64,000 nt of DNA, from contig CAWDEM010000008.1 in assembly GCA_963801355.1 (NCBI GenBank), forward strand, positions 2,656,001 through 2,720,000, written 5' to 3'. The notes below the pieces were generated by a model, which had not been told where the DNA came from, searched no databases, and saw only the letters and a list, made by a program, of their open reading frames with translations. Every line of letters starts with the position of its first letter. Within the stretch, counting starts at the first letter, position 1. Position numbers and translations under genes: made by a program. This document shows positions 18,216 through 27,727 of the stretch, one piece after another. The stretch comes from Ignavibacteriota bacterium. GTDB lineage: Bacteria > Bacteroidota > Ignavibacteria > UBA10030 > UBA6906.

Positions 18216-18705
18216 AATTCCACCATCGACAGTCGCCATCTTTCAGGCCATTCACAGTGCGGCACAGAGAGAGGGCGTACCTTTTTCTGTAATTGGGGCG
18301 GCAGCCCGGGACATGCTGCTTCGGTACGCATATGGACTTCCGGTCCGCCGGGCAACGCGGGATATCGATATCGCGATACGTGTCGCAGATTGGGACGAAT
18401 CCATATCGACGCAGGAAATGACGACAGACTCTACAATGAAGCTTCAGACCTCATGGAGGTGGAATTCTTCGATCGTGCTTAGGCGGATGCACAATTGCTC
18501 GGGCGGGACATGGCCCACCTGGCGGAAGATGTTGCTCATAGGAGAATAGATGAGATTCTTTCCCGCGAATGTGACCCATCGGTCCCGTGAGATTGATTAC
18601 AGACATAATAGGGACGAACTTACTATGCAGGAAGAGTTCGATGAAGTTCTGACTTTGATAAACAGAGTCCGAATGGGATTTTTGGATCGACTGAAACAGG
18701 TTTGA
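18196..18705 (+). pseudogene. AbiEii-like nucleotidyltransferase toxin, internally deleted and disrupted
   Basis: N-terminal VIGAAARD...RATRDIDIA joins near 18400, out of frame, to C-terminal DAGNDDRLYNE...*ADAQLLGRDMA, with in-frame stops. Confidence 0.8.
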
Positions 18706-18742
18706 GGGGGCGAAATGAAAGAAGCCACTTTCCCCTCCTTGT

Positions 18743-18789
18743 AAAAAATACAAAAAGTGTTAGAAGGCTGTTAGAACCCTCTAACACTT
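18743..18789 (-). terminator. Intrinsic terminator after tRNA-Phe
   Basis: Minus strand AAGTGTTAGAGGG-loop-CCTTCTAACACTT followed by TTTGTATTTTTT. Confidence 0.7.
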
Positions 18790-18812
18790 GGGGGTAAAAG
18801 TGGCGATTTCAG

Positions 18813-18885
18813 TGGACGGGGACGGAATCGAACCGCCGACACAAGGATTTTCAGTCCTTTGCTCTACCAACTGAGCTACCCGTCC
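18813..18885 (-). tRNA. tRNA-Phe(GAA), CCA not encoded
   Basis: GGACGGGTAGCTCAGTTGGTAGAGCAAAGGACTGAAAATCCTTGTGTCGGCGGTTCGATTCCGTCCCCGTCCA folds as a cloverleaf with a GAA anticodon. Confidence 0.97.
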
Positions 18886-18910
18886 AAAACCAACTCGACC
18901 CGGAGCATCT

Positions 18911-18939
18911 AATATACAAACTCGCCAAAAAAAACGCAA
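18911..18939 (-). promoter_or_regulatory. tRNA promoter
   Basis: TTGCGT-17 bp-TATATT on the minus strand. Confidence 0.65.
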
Positions 18940-18946
18940 TTCCGAA

Positions 18947-21418
18947 TCAGAATCCCACCCCAAAATCCAGATACACCTCCATCCCCTCCCTGGACCCCGC
19001 TAGCATGACACTGATCGTGTTGTCCCTGGACCAGGGGGCCACCCACATCGTTCCGCCATAGGACGCGTGCCAGCGGTACGAAGTTTCACCCGTGACAAAT
19101 ACACGCCCCGATTCACCGAAACAGGAAACACCCAGCGTTGAAGGCACGATGAAGTTCAAGTGCCAGAGTGATGCACGCAACTCCACTGTTCCCAGGAGGA
19201 GCGCATCACCGATGTACCGCCCCGTTGTCAATCCGCGCAGCCCATTCCATCCGCCGAGATTCGCCTGCTCAAAGTACGGAACATCACCCCTGACCTTCTC
19301 ACCCAGCATCCGGAGAGCCAGTGTAAGCGCGGGTGTTGCGCTTCCTCCAACGTATGCACGCAGATCACACTGACTCCTGCTGAACGGACCTGTGAGACCA
19401 CGGGTGGCCGGATACACCGTCCCACCGACGCGGAAGAGGACGCCGTGTTGAGGATAGGTTGGCTCGTCTCGCGTGTCAAGCTGTACTGCCGCTCCAATAC
19501 CCAAGTACGCGAGCCCGTCAACTCCATACGGGCGTATGATGTTCACATAACGGTCTGTCCGATCATCCGCACGCACGTAGTTCGCCGATCCGGATAGTCC
19601 CAGTTGCAGTGCCGATGACAGTGAGAGATGCAACGACGATGTCATTCGATATTGACGCAGGTGCGGAGTGTAGTACTCACCTCTCCGGTTATCCTCCACT
19701 TCCGTCTCGTTCCCCACCCCGTAGAAGCCCGACATCTCATACCCCGACACCAGAGCACTTAGCCTAAAGATCGTGCCGGGAAACAACGTGCGCGTATCCA
19801 TCAGAAGCCGGATACGTCCATTCCTACTAAATGGAGCATATCCGCCGATGGCACTTATCATCCATGCATACGGGACCGCGCGGAATCCGTAACGATAATA
19901 GACCGGGCCAAAACCGATCAGCGGGCCATAGGCGGCATTGTAGTCCAGCATTATTCCGTATTGCCACGAAGATCCTCGGTCTTCCAGAGCCGTGGGTTTC
20001 TTCACTAATACTTCCTCATCCGCATCAGCGTCATCGTACTTGACATCGGTGCCGAAGATTCCCCGGCTACCCGAGCCGGGGTCATCATTGACGACCCCAT
20101 CGGTGACCACACGGAGCCCCACTCCATTCCTGTACTCGCCGCTCATGTGCACATAGTCGTTGCCGCCGCCGGTATATAACCGCACTTCATCCGTCTCCGA
20201 GGACAGGAACATGCGTGAAAACGAACAGCGTGTGCTGTCCCTGGCCCCGCCGGGTGTTCGTGCATAGACGGCAACGGAAACACGGGCAGTGTCATGACGG
20301 GTCACATCAATCCACTCCGCCGCCGTTGTGCCGCGAATGTCCACCGTTTGTGCCAGCAGGTCATAGTAGTCCTCCGCCAGCTTGCCGAGGCCCGCGCGCC
20401 GGCGCTGCAGCAACCCGCCCAACAGCGCACCATCAGATCCCCGGCGCTCCAGAGGGATCGTCTCAAGAGCACTCTGTATCACAGAATCCGTCATCCGTCG
20501 GACAATGAAGGTCGCCAATGAATCATACACGTGCTTTGACACAGAGGAGAGGAGACTCCTGTCAAGATGACGGGTATACCAGGTAAATTCCTTGATATCG
20601 GGATATTCATCAGAGAAACTTGGCAAGGGTGCGACTATGAACCTCGAACTGATTGACAGTGCACCGTCGTACCTGCAGAATGCGAGGGGATGTGGAACTT
20701 CAACCGGTTTCCAGATCCTGAAGCCATGACCATCGACCGGCATCCATCTCCAGCGTGCAGAGGCATCGCCCCATGAGCCCAGCAGGAGATCCAGCAACCG
20801 GATCTTGAGCACCTGGAACGCGTCAATCCTTTCATCAGGATTTCCGCCGGCAAGTTTCAGGACGCTGCGCGTGTCCCACAACGTCGTATCCCGGTCGTAA
20901 GGCAGTGCAGGAGAAAGAATTGCCAAGCGGCCGGGCGCTCCGGTGTCAATGCCCCCCTCGAGCAAACTGTCCGGAAGCACTACGATCCGGGAGTCGCGCA
21001 CAGGGAGATCCAGGGCGGCACCGAGACGGTCCACGATCACATCAGCATAGGGGTATGTACCGGCCACCAGATCACCCAGCAGATCCGGGGCAAACACGCT
21101 CAATATCTCCGGAGGGAAAATGTCCGCAGGATTCTGACGCAGGAAGAGGAAGGTACAGCGGGGGTCTTCTTTTCTGTGGAGGTCATATTCCTCCACAGAC
21201 ACTTCCGTTGTCCAGGCGTCACGCCAGAGGTCGCCAAACATGAGTGAATGCCAGTCACCGGCAGCGAACGTCTGGCCGGGAACGGCACGCACAAGGTGCG
21301 GGGACGTTTCGTCCGACTCAGCATGGTGAGCAAATAGGAGGGAATACGGAAGACACACAATCACGAAGATTGCCGACCGGGTCAAACCCATGAAGGTAAC
21401 ATCCCTGGATGAGTGCAC
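18947..21418 (-). CDS. Omp85/BamA-TamA family surface-antigen beta-barrel protein
   Basis: C-terminal DTRDEPTYPQHG, LGGWNGLRG...GRYIGD and terminal Phe; N-terminal region resembles Bacteroidota phosphoesterase-Omp85 fusions. Exact start uncertain. Confidence 0.75.
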   Translation of the reverse strand: MHSSRDVTFMGLTRSAIFVIVCLPYSLLFAHHAESDETSPHLVRAVPGQTFAAGDWHSLMFGDLWRDAWTTEVSVEEYDLHRKEDPRCTFLFLRQNPADIFPPEILSVFAPDLLGDLVAGTYPYADVIVDRLGAALDLPVRDSRIVVLPDSLLEGGIDTGAPGRLAILSPALPYDRDTTLWDTRSVLKLAGGNPDERIDAFQVLKIRLLDLLLGSWGDASARWRWMPVDGHGFRIWKPVEVPHPLAFCRYDGALSISSRFIVAPLPSFSDEYPDIKEFTWYTRHLDRSLLSSVSKHVYDSLATFIVRRMTDSVIQSALETIPLERRGSDGALLGGLLQRRRAGLGKLAEDYYDLLAQTVDIRGTTAAEWIDVTRHDTARVSVAVYARTPGGARDSTRCSFSRMFLSSETDEVRLYTGGGNDYVHMSGEYRNGVGLRVVTDGVVNDDPGSGSRGIFGTDVKYDDADADEEVLVKKPTALEDRGSSWQYGIMLDYNAAYGPLIGFGPVYYRYGFRAVPYAWMISAIGGYAPFSRNGRIRLLMDTRTLFPGTIFRLSALVSGYEMSGFYGVGNETEVEDNRRGEYYTPHLRQYRMTSSLHLSLSSALQLGLSGSANYVRADDRTDRYVNIIRPYGVDGLAYLGIGAAVQLDTRDEPTYPQHGVLFRVGGTVYPATRGLTGPFSRSQCDLRAYVGGSATPALTLALRMLGEKVRGDVPYFEQANLGGWNGLRGLTTGRYIGDALLLGTVELRASLWHLNFIVPSTLGVSCFGESGRVFVTGETSYRWHASYGGTMWVAPWSRDNTISVMLAGSREGMEVYLDFGVGF

Positions 21419-21420
21419 TC

Positions 21421-24336
21421 TTACTGACCGGCGAGTGCCCGGATGACCGCATCAGCGATCGCCGGCCTCACCCGGGAAATCTTCGTGTTCGCTCGTGTCG
21501 GATGCACACGGTTCGTCAACAGTATCAGGCTGATGCGGCGTTCCGGATCAACCCACACCGACGTACCGGTGAACCCTGTGTGGCCAAAGGAAGACGGAGA
21601 AAAAAGGGATCCGGCCGAAGAACCCGTCGGAGACTTCATGTCCCATCCGAGATACCGGTCTTCCCGCCCCGACCGTCCCGCAGTGAAGGCCGCGACCGTG
21701 CTCGCCGACAAATAGCGGACCCCCGCGTAAGTCCCTTTGTTCAGGAGCATCTGCGTGTAGATAGCAAGATTAGAGGCCGTGGAGAAGAGACCGGCATGGC
21801 CTGCTACCCCCCCGAGGATGTTGGCATTTTCGTCGTGCACAATGCCCCGCACAAGCGTTTTCCTCCAGAGCGTGTCGATCTCGGTGGGCGCCACGTTGTC
21901 CCAGTCTTCGCGGGGCGGGTTATACAGAGTATGTTTCATGCCCAGCGGCCCGTAGAACTCCGACTCGAGAAACTTATCCTGCGGCATCCCGGCGATCTTC
22001 TCGATAACCTTGCCCATTGTGATCATCCCGATATCACTGTACACGGTGGTGTCACCCGGGTTCCAGAGCAATTCTGTCGCAAGAACAGAGTCCAGCGCTT
22101 CCGCCGCGGTTTTGCACATCAGAAAGAACCGTTTGAAAGGAGGAAATCCGGCTCTGTGCGTGAGAAGGTGCCTGATCGTAATCACCGATTTTTTACCGCC
22201 GGTGAACTGTGGCAGGTATTGGGCCACGCGATCATCCAACCGCAACTTCCCTTGGTCGTACAGTTTCATCGCCGCGGCGGTCGTCCCGATCACTTTGCTG
22301 ACGGAGGCCAGGTCAAAGAGCGTCCTGTCGTCAATCGGGGGCGAAGCGATATCATAGGTCTGAGTGCCGAACGCTTTGGCATACGCTATGACTCCGTTCT
22401 TCACCACGACCAGCTGCGCGCCCGGGAAGGCGGAATCCCCGATGGCCGCTTCAACGATGTCATCCAGTTTACGTAATTTGCCGGGCTCAAAACCGGCTGC
22501 CGCCGGATCGTCCATGCGCAGACGGTCCATGGCAATCACCAGACCCGTTCCGGCCGCGTAGCTTTCCAGTATACTGACCGGCAGTTTTCCGCCAATCGGG
22601 ATCTCGCCAAAGAGCGCCTCGACCGCGGCTTCGACCTGCGGTTCCGTGTCACCATAGGTGCACATCAACACATCCGCATTGGGAAACTGCGCCGCAAGAT
22701 ATGGGCTGCCAAACAGCACGACCGCGGTGGGCACATTCGCTGCCTCGGCGCGTTTGAGGAACGGCAGAAGTTCGCGGGGCATGCCGATTCGTCCGGACGA
22801 AGAGCGGACTTTCACAAAGACCGGCAACAACAGCATATCCGCCCGCCGCAGACGGGCGGCGGCATCGTCCATCGCCTCATTGTTACTCCGGGGATTGAGA
22901 CGCAACACTTCGATGCTCCCGTTGCGGCGCTGCAGGAGCTGATGGAAGTAGCTTCCCACTTGCTGGCTCGTGGAGTGCGCGCTCGGGCGATTCACTTCCG
23001 ACCGGTAATCGTCGGAGTCGCTCAGGACTACCGACACGACGCGATGCTGGCCGAAGGGTTGCAACGGGAGGATCGCCCCCCGGTTGCGCAGCAATGTCAC
23101 GGCATTGCGGGCAACCGTCCGTGCCAGCATCTGATATGCACGGACACCGACCACCCGGTCGATCCTGTCGACGTCGATCGTCCGCACCGTGTCAAGTCCC
23201 AGTTGCTGTTTTACTGTAAGGATCTTGCGCACCGATGTCAGCAACCGTTCGCGCGTGATCTCTCCGGAACGCGCTGCAGAAAGCAGTGCGGCAATGGCCG
23301 ACTCTTCATCGGGCGGCATCAGCACGATATCAACGCCGGCCTTCACGGCCCAGACAGCCGACTCTCCGGCGGAATATCCGCGCGTCACTCCCCGCATGTC
23401 CAGCGCATCCGTGATCACCAGGCCCCGGAAGTGCATTTCTTTCTGTAATACATCCGACACGATGATCCGGGAAAGTGACGCCGGAAGCAACTTCACAGAA
23501 TCCAGCACCGGGACGGCGATGTGTGCGATCATCACCGAAGGGACATTGGCTTCGATCGCGCCACGGAAGGCCGCGAGCTCTACAGTGTCCAATCGTTCCC
23601 TGGTCAGTTGCATGACGGGCAATTCCAGATGTGAATCCACGCCGGTATCGCCATGGCCGGGAAAATGCTTCACCGTTGGCAGGGCACCGCCGTCCAGCGA
23701 CCCACGGACAAAGGCGGCCACCATTTCCCGGACGAGAGCCGGGGAATCGCCGAACGAACGTGTATTGATGACGGGGTTCTGCGGGTTGGTGTTCACATCG
23801 GCAACGGGGGCAAAATTCTGATGCACGCCGATCGCACGGGCCTCGCGAGCGATGGCGCGGGCAACGTCATAGGCAAGGCGGGCATCCCGGGTGGCACCGA
23901 TGGCCATGGCATCCGGGAATGGAGTTGCGCGGCGCACACGCATGGCGACACCGCGTTCAAAATCCCCGCTGACCAGCAGGGGGATAGGAGCAAGTCGCTG
24001 AAGCGAATTCAGCCGCACCGCCGCCGCCATCACGTCCCCCGGCCACAGGACGATTCCACCCACGCGCCGCTCCTGCACCAGGTGCGCCATTCGGGCATAT
24101 TCATCGCTTTCTGCGCTGAAGTAGTGGCCGTACACGCCGACCATCACGAGCTGTCCCACCTGGTCTTCCAACGACATCCCGGCCATGACGCTGTCCACCC
24201 ACGATAGCTTTGGCGGCGCCGGAACGTGAACGGCGCGTTCAGGCCGTGGCGCGATATCGCCCGACGCGCAGGAAAGAATGACAACCGAAATAAGAGCGAC
24301 AAGATATGACGATCCGTACTTTTTCACTCCATGCAT
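21421..24336 (-). CDS. nagZ: GH3 beta-N-acetylglucosaminidase (NagZ) fused to a beta-lactamase-fold AmiE-like amidase; lipoprotein
   Basis: KHFPGHGDTGVDSH, ITDALDM; C-terminal ASVSK (SxxK), YSD, GHTGFTGT; lipobox ILSC. Confidence 0.9.
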   Translation of the reverse strand: MHGVKKYGSSYLVALISVVILSCASGDIAPRPERAVHVPAPPKLSWVDSVMAGMSLEDQVGQLVMVGVYGHYFSAESDEYARMAHLVQERRVGGIVLWPGDVMAAAVRLNSLQRLAPIPLLVSGDFERGVAMRVRRATPFPDAMAIGATRDARLAYDVARAIAREARAIGVHQNFAPVADVNTNPQNPVINTRSFGDSPALVREMVAAFVRGSLDGGALPTVKHFPGHGDTGVDSHLELPVMQLTRERLDTVELAAFRGAIEANVPSVMIAHIAVPVLDSVKLLPASLSRIIVSDVLQKEMHFRGLVITDALDMRGVTRGYSAGESAVWAVKAGVDIVLMPPDEESAIAALLSAARSGEITRERLLTSVRKILTVKQQLGLDTVRTIDVDRIDRVVGVRAYQMLARTVARNAVTLLRNRGAILPLQPFGQHRVVSVVLSDSDDYRSEVNRPSAHSTSQQVGSYFHQLLQRRNGSIEVLRLNPRSNNEAMDDAAARLRRADMLLLPVFVKVRSSSGRIGMPRELLPFLKRAEAANVPTAVVLFGSPYLAAQFPNADVLMCTYGDTEPQVEAAVEALFGEIPIGGKLPVSILESYAAGTGLVIAMDRLRMDDPAAAGFEPGKLRKLDDIVEAAIGDSAFPGAQLVVVKNGVIAYAKAFGTQTYDIASPPIDDRTLFDLASVSKVIGTTAAAMKLYDQGKLRLDDRVAQYLPQFTGGKKSVITIRHLLTHRAGFPPFKRFFLMCKTAAEALDSVLATELLWNPGDTTVYSDIGMITMGKVIEKIAGMPQDKFLESEFYGPLGMKHTLYNPPREDWDNVAPTEIDTLWRKTLVRGIVHDENANILGGVAGHAGLFSTASNLAIYTQMLLNKGTYAGVRYLSASTVAAFTAGRSGREDRYLGWDMKSPTGSSAGSLFSPSSFGHTGFTGTSVWVDPERRISLILLTNRVHPTRANTKISRVRPAIADAVIRALAGQ

Positions 24337-25278
24337 CTATTTCCTCGCCCGGAGATTCAATGCCATAATGACCGCGCCGCCCGCCGGAGGAAACTTCGCA
24401 GGGTGAATCCTGGCCTGCGGAATCCGCTTGTGGACGGCATCAGCGACGATTTGTGAGTAGAGGGTTTCGTGATCTATCAGCCCCCCGACAAAGACCACAC
24501 CCACCGATGGGAGTGGCCCCATACGCTTTACCATCGAATCCAATTGATCCACAAGCTGGGCGGCGGCGGCCGTGAGAATATCCCTCGCCGTCAGATCACC
24601 TTTCCCTGCTGCCTCGAGCACGATCGGCGCGAGAGAGGCGACGTCATATTTCTCCTGATATACTGCGGCAATGATGGCATCGCGCCCTCCCCAACCACAA
24701 CGTTCGGCAAGCATGGCACGGAGCATCCGCGCATCGCTTCGCTGGTCGATGTCACGCGCCACCGCACGGACCGCTTCAACACTGATCGCATATCCACTCC
24801 CCTCGTCGCCCAGCACCCTTCCCCACCCGCCGACCATGGCAATGCTACCGTCGGGCAACTTGCCCATGAGACTCGATCCCGTGCCGGCGATGACCACAAC
24901 TCCGGTTTCTCCTCCGAACGCCCCCTCAAGTGCGATACGAACGTCAGTTTCTAAAACGAATCGCATGTGCTCCCAACCACGTCCGATTCCTCCCACACGC
25001 AATGCCTCTGCAAGTCGGTCGCGCACTGTCGCACTGCCAACCCCGGCCAACCCGCACACGATTGTCCCCAGTGACGAGGGTCGGACCTCCGCCTGATGAC
25101 AACAACCCGCCACGACGTCCAGTATGTTGGCCGCCGCCCCTTCAACCCCTACAACATTGGGATTACCGGGCCCGGTCTGGAACCGCGCGAGCTCTTTTCC
25201 CCCGGCGTCCGCAAGAACTCCCAGGGTCTTTGTGCCGCCACCATCGGCACCGAGAACATAACGGGGCTGTGCACTCAT
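24337..25278 (-). CDS. BadF/BadG-type N-acetylhexosamine kinase (MurK/NagK-like)
   Basis: GADGGGTKT, IAGTGS, GGWGRVLGDEGSG. Confidence 0.88.
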   Translation of the reverse strand: MSAQPRYVLGADGGGTKTLGVLADAGGKELARFQTGPGNPNVVGVEGAAANILDVVAGCCHQAEVRPSSLGTIVCGLAGVGSATVRDRLAEALRVGGIGRGWEHMRFVLETDVRIALEGAFGGETGVVVIAGTGSSLMGKLPDGSIAMVGGWGRVLGDEGSGYAISVEAVRAVARDIDQRSDARMLRAMLAERCGWGGRDAIIAAVYQEKYDVASLAPIVLEAAGKGDLTARDILTAAAAQLVDQLDSMVKRMGPLPSVGVVFVGGLIDHETLYSQIVADAVHKRIPQARIHPAKFPPAGGAVIMALNLRARK

Positions 25279-25404
25279 GAGAAGAACATCTCCGGGAGGA
25301 TGAGAAGGCAAAGCGCAAGCACTCACCGTAAAATGTACCGAATGGCATGGCGACAATCAAGGTGACGCCAGTTGAGAAGGAACGCGTTGACAAGGACCGA
25401 GCTG

Positions 25405-25433
25405 TTGACAATGTACACGCGCGTGCGTAGTTT
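25405..25433 (+). promoter_or_regulatory. Promoter of namZ
   Basis: TTGACA-17 bp-TAGTTT, 35 bp before the ATG. Confidence 0.55.
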
Positions 25434-25468
25434 ACGCGAAGTATTCATCCTCATTTCCGGGAGACTGT

Positions 25469-26710
25469 ATGCGCACGCTCATCATGCTGATCATAATACT
25501 CTGTGCCGCTTCATCGGGGGCCCCCGGCGGTTCGCCGACTGTCAAAACCGGCATCGAAGTACTCCGTGACCGGAATTTTGATTTGCTCAAGGGTAAGCGA
25601 GTAGGCCTGATCACCAATCCCACCGGAGTCGATGCAACACTCCGCTCAACAATTGACATTTTGCACGATGCCCCCGGTGTGAAGCTCGTCGCGTTGTTTG
25701 GCCCGGAGCATGGTGTCCGTGGTGATTTTGCCGCCGGGGACAGGGTCGACACGTACACCGATGCGCGGACAGGCATTCCCGTGTATTCACTTTACGGCGC
25801 AACCCGCAAGCCTACGCCCGCAATGCTGAAGGATATTGACATCCTCGTATACGACATCCAGGATATCGGCTGCCGCTCCTACACCTATATCAGCACGATG
25901 GGCAATGCGATGGAAGCCGCCGCCGAACAAAAAATCCCTTTCCTGGTTCTTGACCGCCCGGATCCTCTGGGAGGACTGCGCGTGGAAGGGAGTCTGGTGG
26001 AGCCGGGGTGGGAATCATTCGTGGGTCAGTTTGCCATTCCCTATGTCTACGGGCTGACATGCGGCGAGCTGGCGCAGATGCTTAATAGCGAAGGCATGCT
26101 CGCAGGCGGCGTGCGGTGTTCACTACAGGTCGTACCCATGAAAGGCTGGAAACGGTCGATGTCGTTCGAGCAAACGGGATTGCAGTGGGTGCCCGCATCC
26201 CCGCATGTTCCTCACGCGAGTTCCGCACTGCACTACGTGAGCACCGGCGTGCTGGGGGAGCTTGGTGTAATCTCAGAGGGAGTGGGGTATACGTTGCCGT
26301 TCGAAGTCTTTGCGGCCGAATGGATTGACCCGGAACAGATGGCCGAACGCATGAACGGACTGCATATGGCCGGCGTAATATTCCGTCCCATAACATTCAA
26401 GCCATTCTACGGCAAGTCCACAGGGAAAGCGCTCCACGGCGTGCAGATCCACTTCACGGATGAACAGAAGGTGGATCTGCTCGGCATGCAGTTCCGCTTT
26501 CTCCAGGTGCATCAGGAACTCTATCCGGACAAAAATCCCTTTCAACTCGCGGATGCGTCCCGTATCAGGATGTTCGACAAGGTCATGGGATCGGACAAAG
26601 TGCGGAAGGCGTTCAGCGCGAAAATGCTGTATGCGGATATCTGGGAAACCTTCATGCAGGAAGCGGCGGCGTTCAGAACGCGCTCTCTGAAATATCACCT
26701 GTACCAGTGA
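25469..26710 (+). CDS. namZ: Exo-beta-N-acetylmuramidase NamZ (DUF1343, GH171)
   Basis: Signal peptide; GLITNPTG, LFGPEHGVRG, DIQDIGCRSYTY, LDRPDP. Confidence 0.92.
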   Translation: MRTLIMLIIILCAASSGAPGGSPTVKTGIEVLRDRNFDLLKGKRVGLITNPTGVDATLRSTIDILHDAPGVKLVALFGPEHGVRGDFAAGDRVDTYTDARTGIPVYSLYGATRKPTPAMLKDIDILVYDIQDIGCRSYTYISTMGNAMEAAAEQKIPFLVLDRPDPLGGLRVEGSLVEPGWESFVGQFAIPYVYGLTCGELAQMLNSEGMLAGGVRCSLQVVPMKGWKRSMSFEQTGLQWVPASPHVPHASSALHYVSTGVLGELGVISEGVGYTLPFEVFAAEWIDPEQMAERMNGLHMAGVIFRPITFKPFYGKSTGKALHGVQIHFTDEQKVDLLGMQFRFLQVHQELYPDKNPFQLADASRIRMFDKVMGSDKVRKAFSAKMLYADIWETFMQEAAAFRTRSLKYHLYQ

Positions 26711-27726
26711 TCTGCAGAACGCGCGAGTTCCTCAAACTCCCGTTTCCCCAACGCGATTTCCTGAAACATGCCGGCGATCTGTTCACGCGTCAGGCGCTGG
26801 AAATCCCGTTCCAGCGGCGTAATGCACACACCCCCGAGGTCAACTGCGGCCGGGCTGATGAGGATCTTTTCATCCCCCTCAGCGAAGAAAAACGATGGAC
26901 GGTGCTTCGCACGTGGAAACACAAGCACCCTCCATCCCTGCTCATACGAAGCCAGGATGTTGAGCATCGGCTCTTCCTTCTCTGGAAGGATGTTCGAGAG
27001 CCGGGAGAGGAGACCCGCAAACTCCCGCTCGAGAATCGGCCACGATGAGGATTCCAGAGCGATGAAGCGTCTGAGACATCCATCCACCGCCATGACACGA
27101 CAACCATCCGACTCCTTCAGTACCCGCCCGTGCCGCCGGATGATCTCCGGATACTCGGTGTCAACGGGCATAAATCCTTTCAGCCCCGCCTGGAAGTGCA
27201 GATGATCGGGGGCCGAGGCGCCACAACGCGGACCGTTGTAAAAAAGGGTATACCTGCCTGCCATCGCTTTCGCCAGATCCAGCAGCACGTCGAATGATCC
27301 GTCGATACGTTGCGGAATATGTTCGCGATGGGGAATCGTGAAATGCTCGGGGAAGATCGGGAAGGGGTTACAAAGGATCACATAGGAATCCCCGAAGGCT
27401 ACACCGCGCTGCTCCGCTGGAAGGTGCTCAAGACAGAGAAAGCACCGCCTCTCGCGAATTGATTTTTCGTCGACTTTGGCCGCTGACGAGGTGATCCTCC
27501 CGGGGTTGAACTGTACGTTGATCACACAGCCGTCAAACCCGAAGGTGCGCGTCTGCACGGATGCCAGGCCGGCGTAACCGCTGCGGAGAAGCGGCCAGGT
27601 TTCGCGTTGCTGGCTCAGGAGCGCCGCGCTGATGGACGCGAGCGATTCTCCCGCACCGTAACTCTCCAGATCCTCTGGTGCGACGACAACCCGTGACGCG
27701 GCGTCCTGGTAAGGTGTGGTCATCAC
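26695..27726 (-). CDS. DUF4922 family protein (HIT-like HxHxQ nucleotidyl-transfer motif)
   Basis: QFNPGRITSS, CFLC, NPFPIFPEHFTI, YNGPRCGASAPDHLHFQAG, SPAAVDLGG. Confidence 0.85.
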   Translation of the reverse strand: MMTTPYQDAASRVVVAPEDLESYGAGESLASISAALLSQQRETWPLLRSGYAGLASVQTRTFGFDGCVINVQFNPGRITSSAAKVDEKSIRERRCFLCLEHLPAEQRGVAFGDSYVILCNPFPIFPEHFTIPHREHIPQRIDGSFDVLLDLAKAMAGRYTLFYNGPRCGASAPDHLHFQAGLKGFMPVDTEYPEIIRRHGRVLKESDGCRVMAVDGCLRRFIALESSSWPILEREFAGLLSRLSNILPEKEEPMLNILASYEQGWRVLVFPRAKHRPSFFFAEGDEKILISPAAVDLGGVCITPLERDFQRLTREQIAGMFQEIALGKREFEELARSADHWYR

Positions 27727-27727
27727 T

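Noticed and set aside
6200-18830. attL/attR duplication of the tRNA-Phe 3' end defining a classical integrative element
   Set aside because: No second copy of TGGACGGGGACGGAATCGAACC was found by eye, and there is no integrase in the window.
21421-22520. Beta-lactam resistance gene
   Set aside because: The beta-lactamase-fold domain is fused to NagZ, the known NagZ-AmiE salvage architecture.
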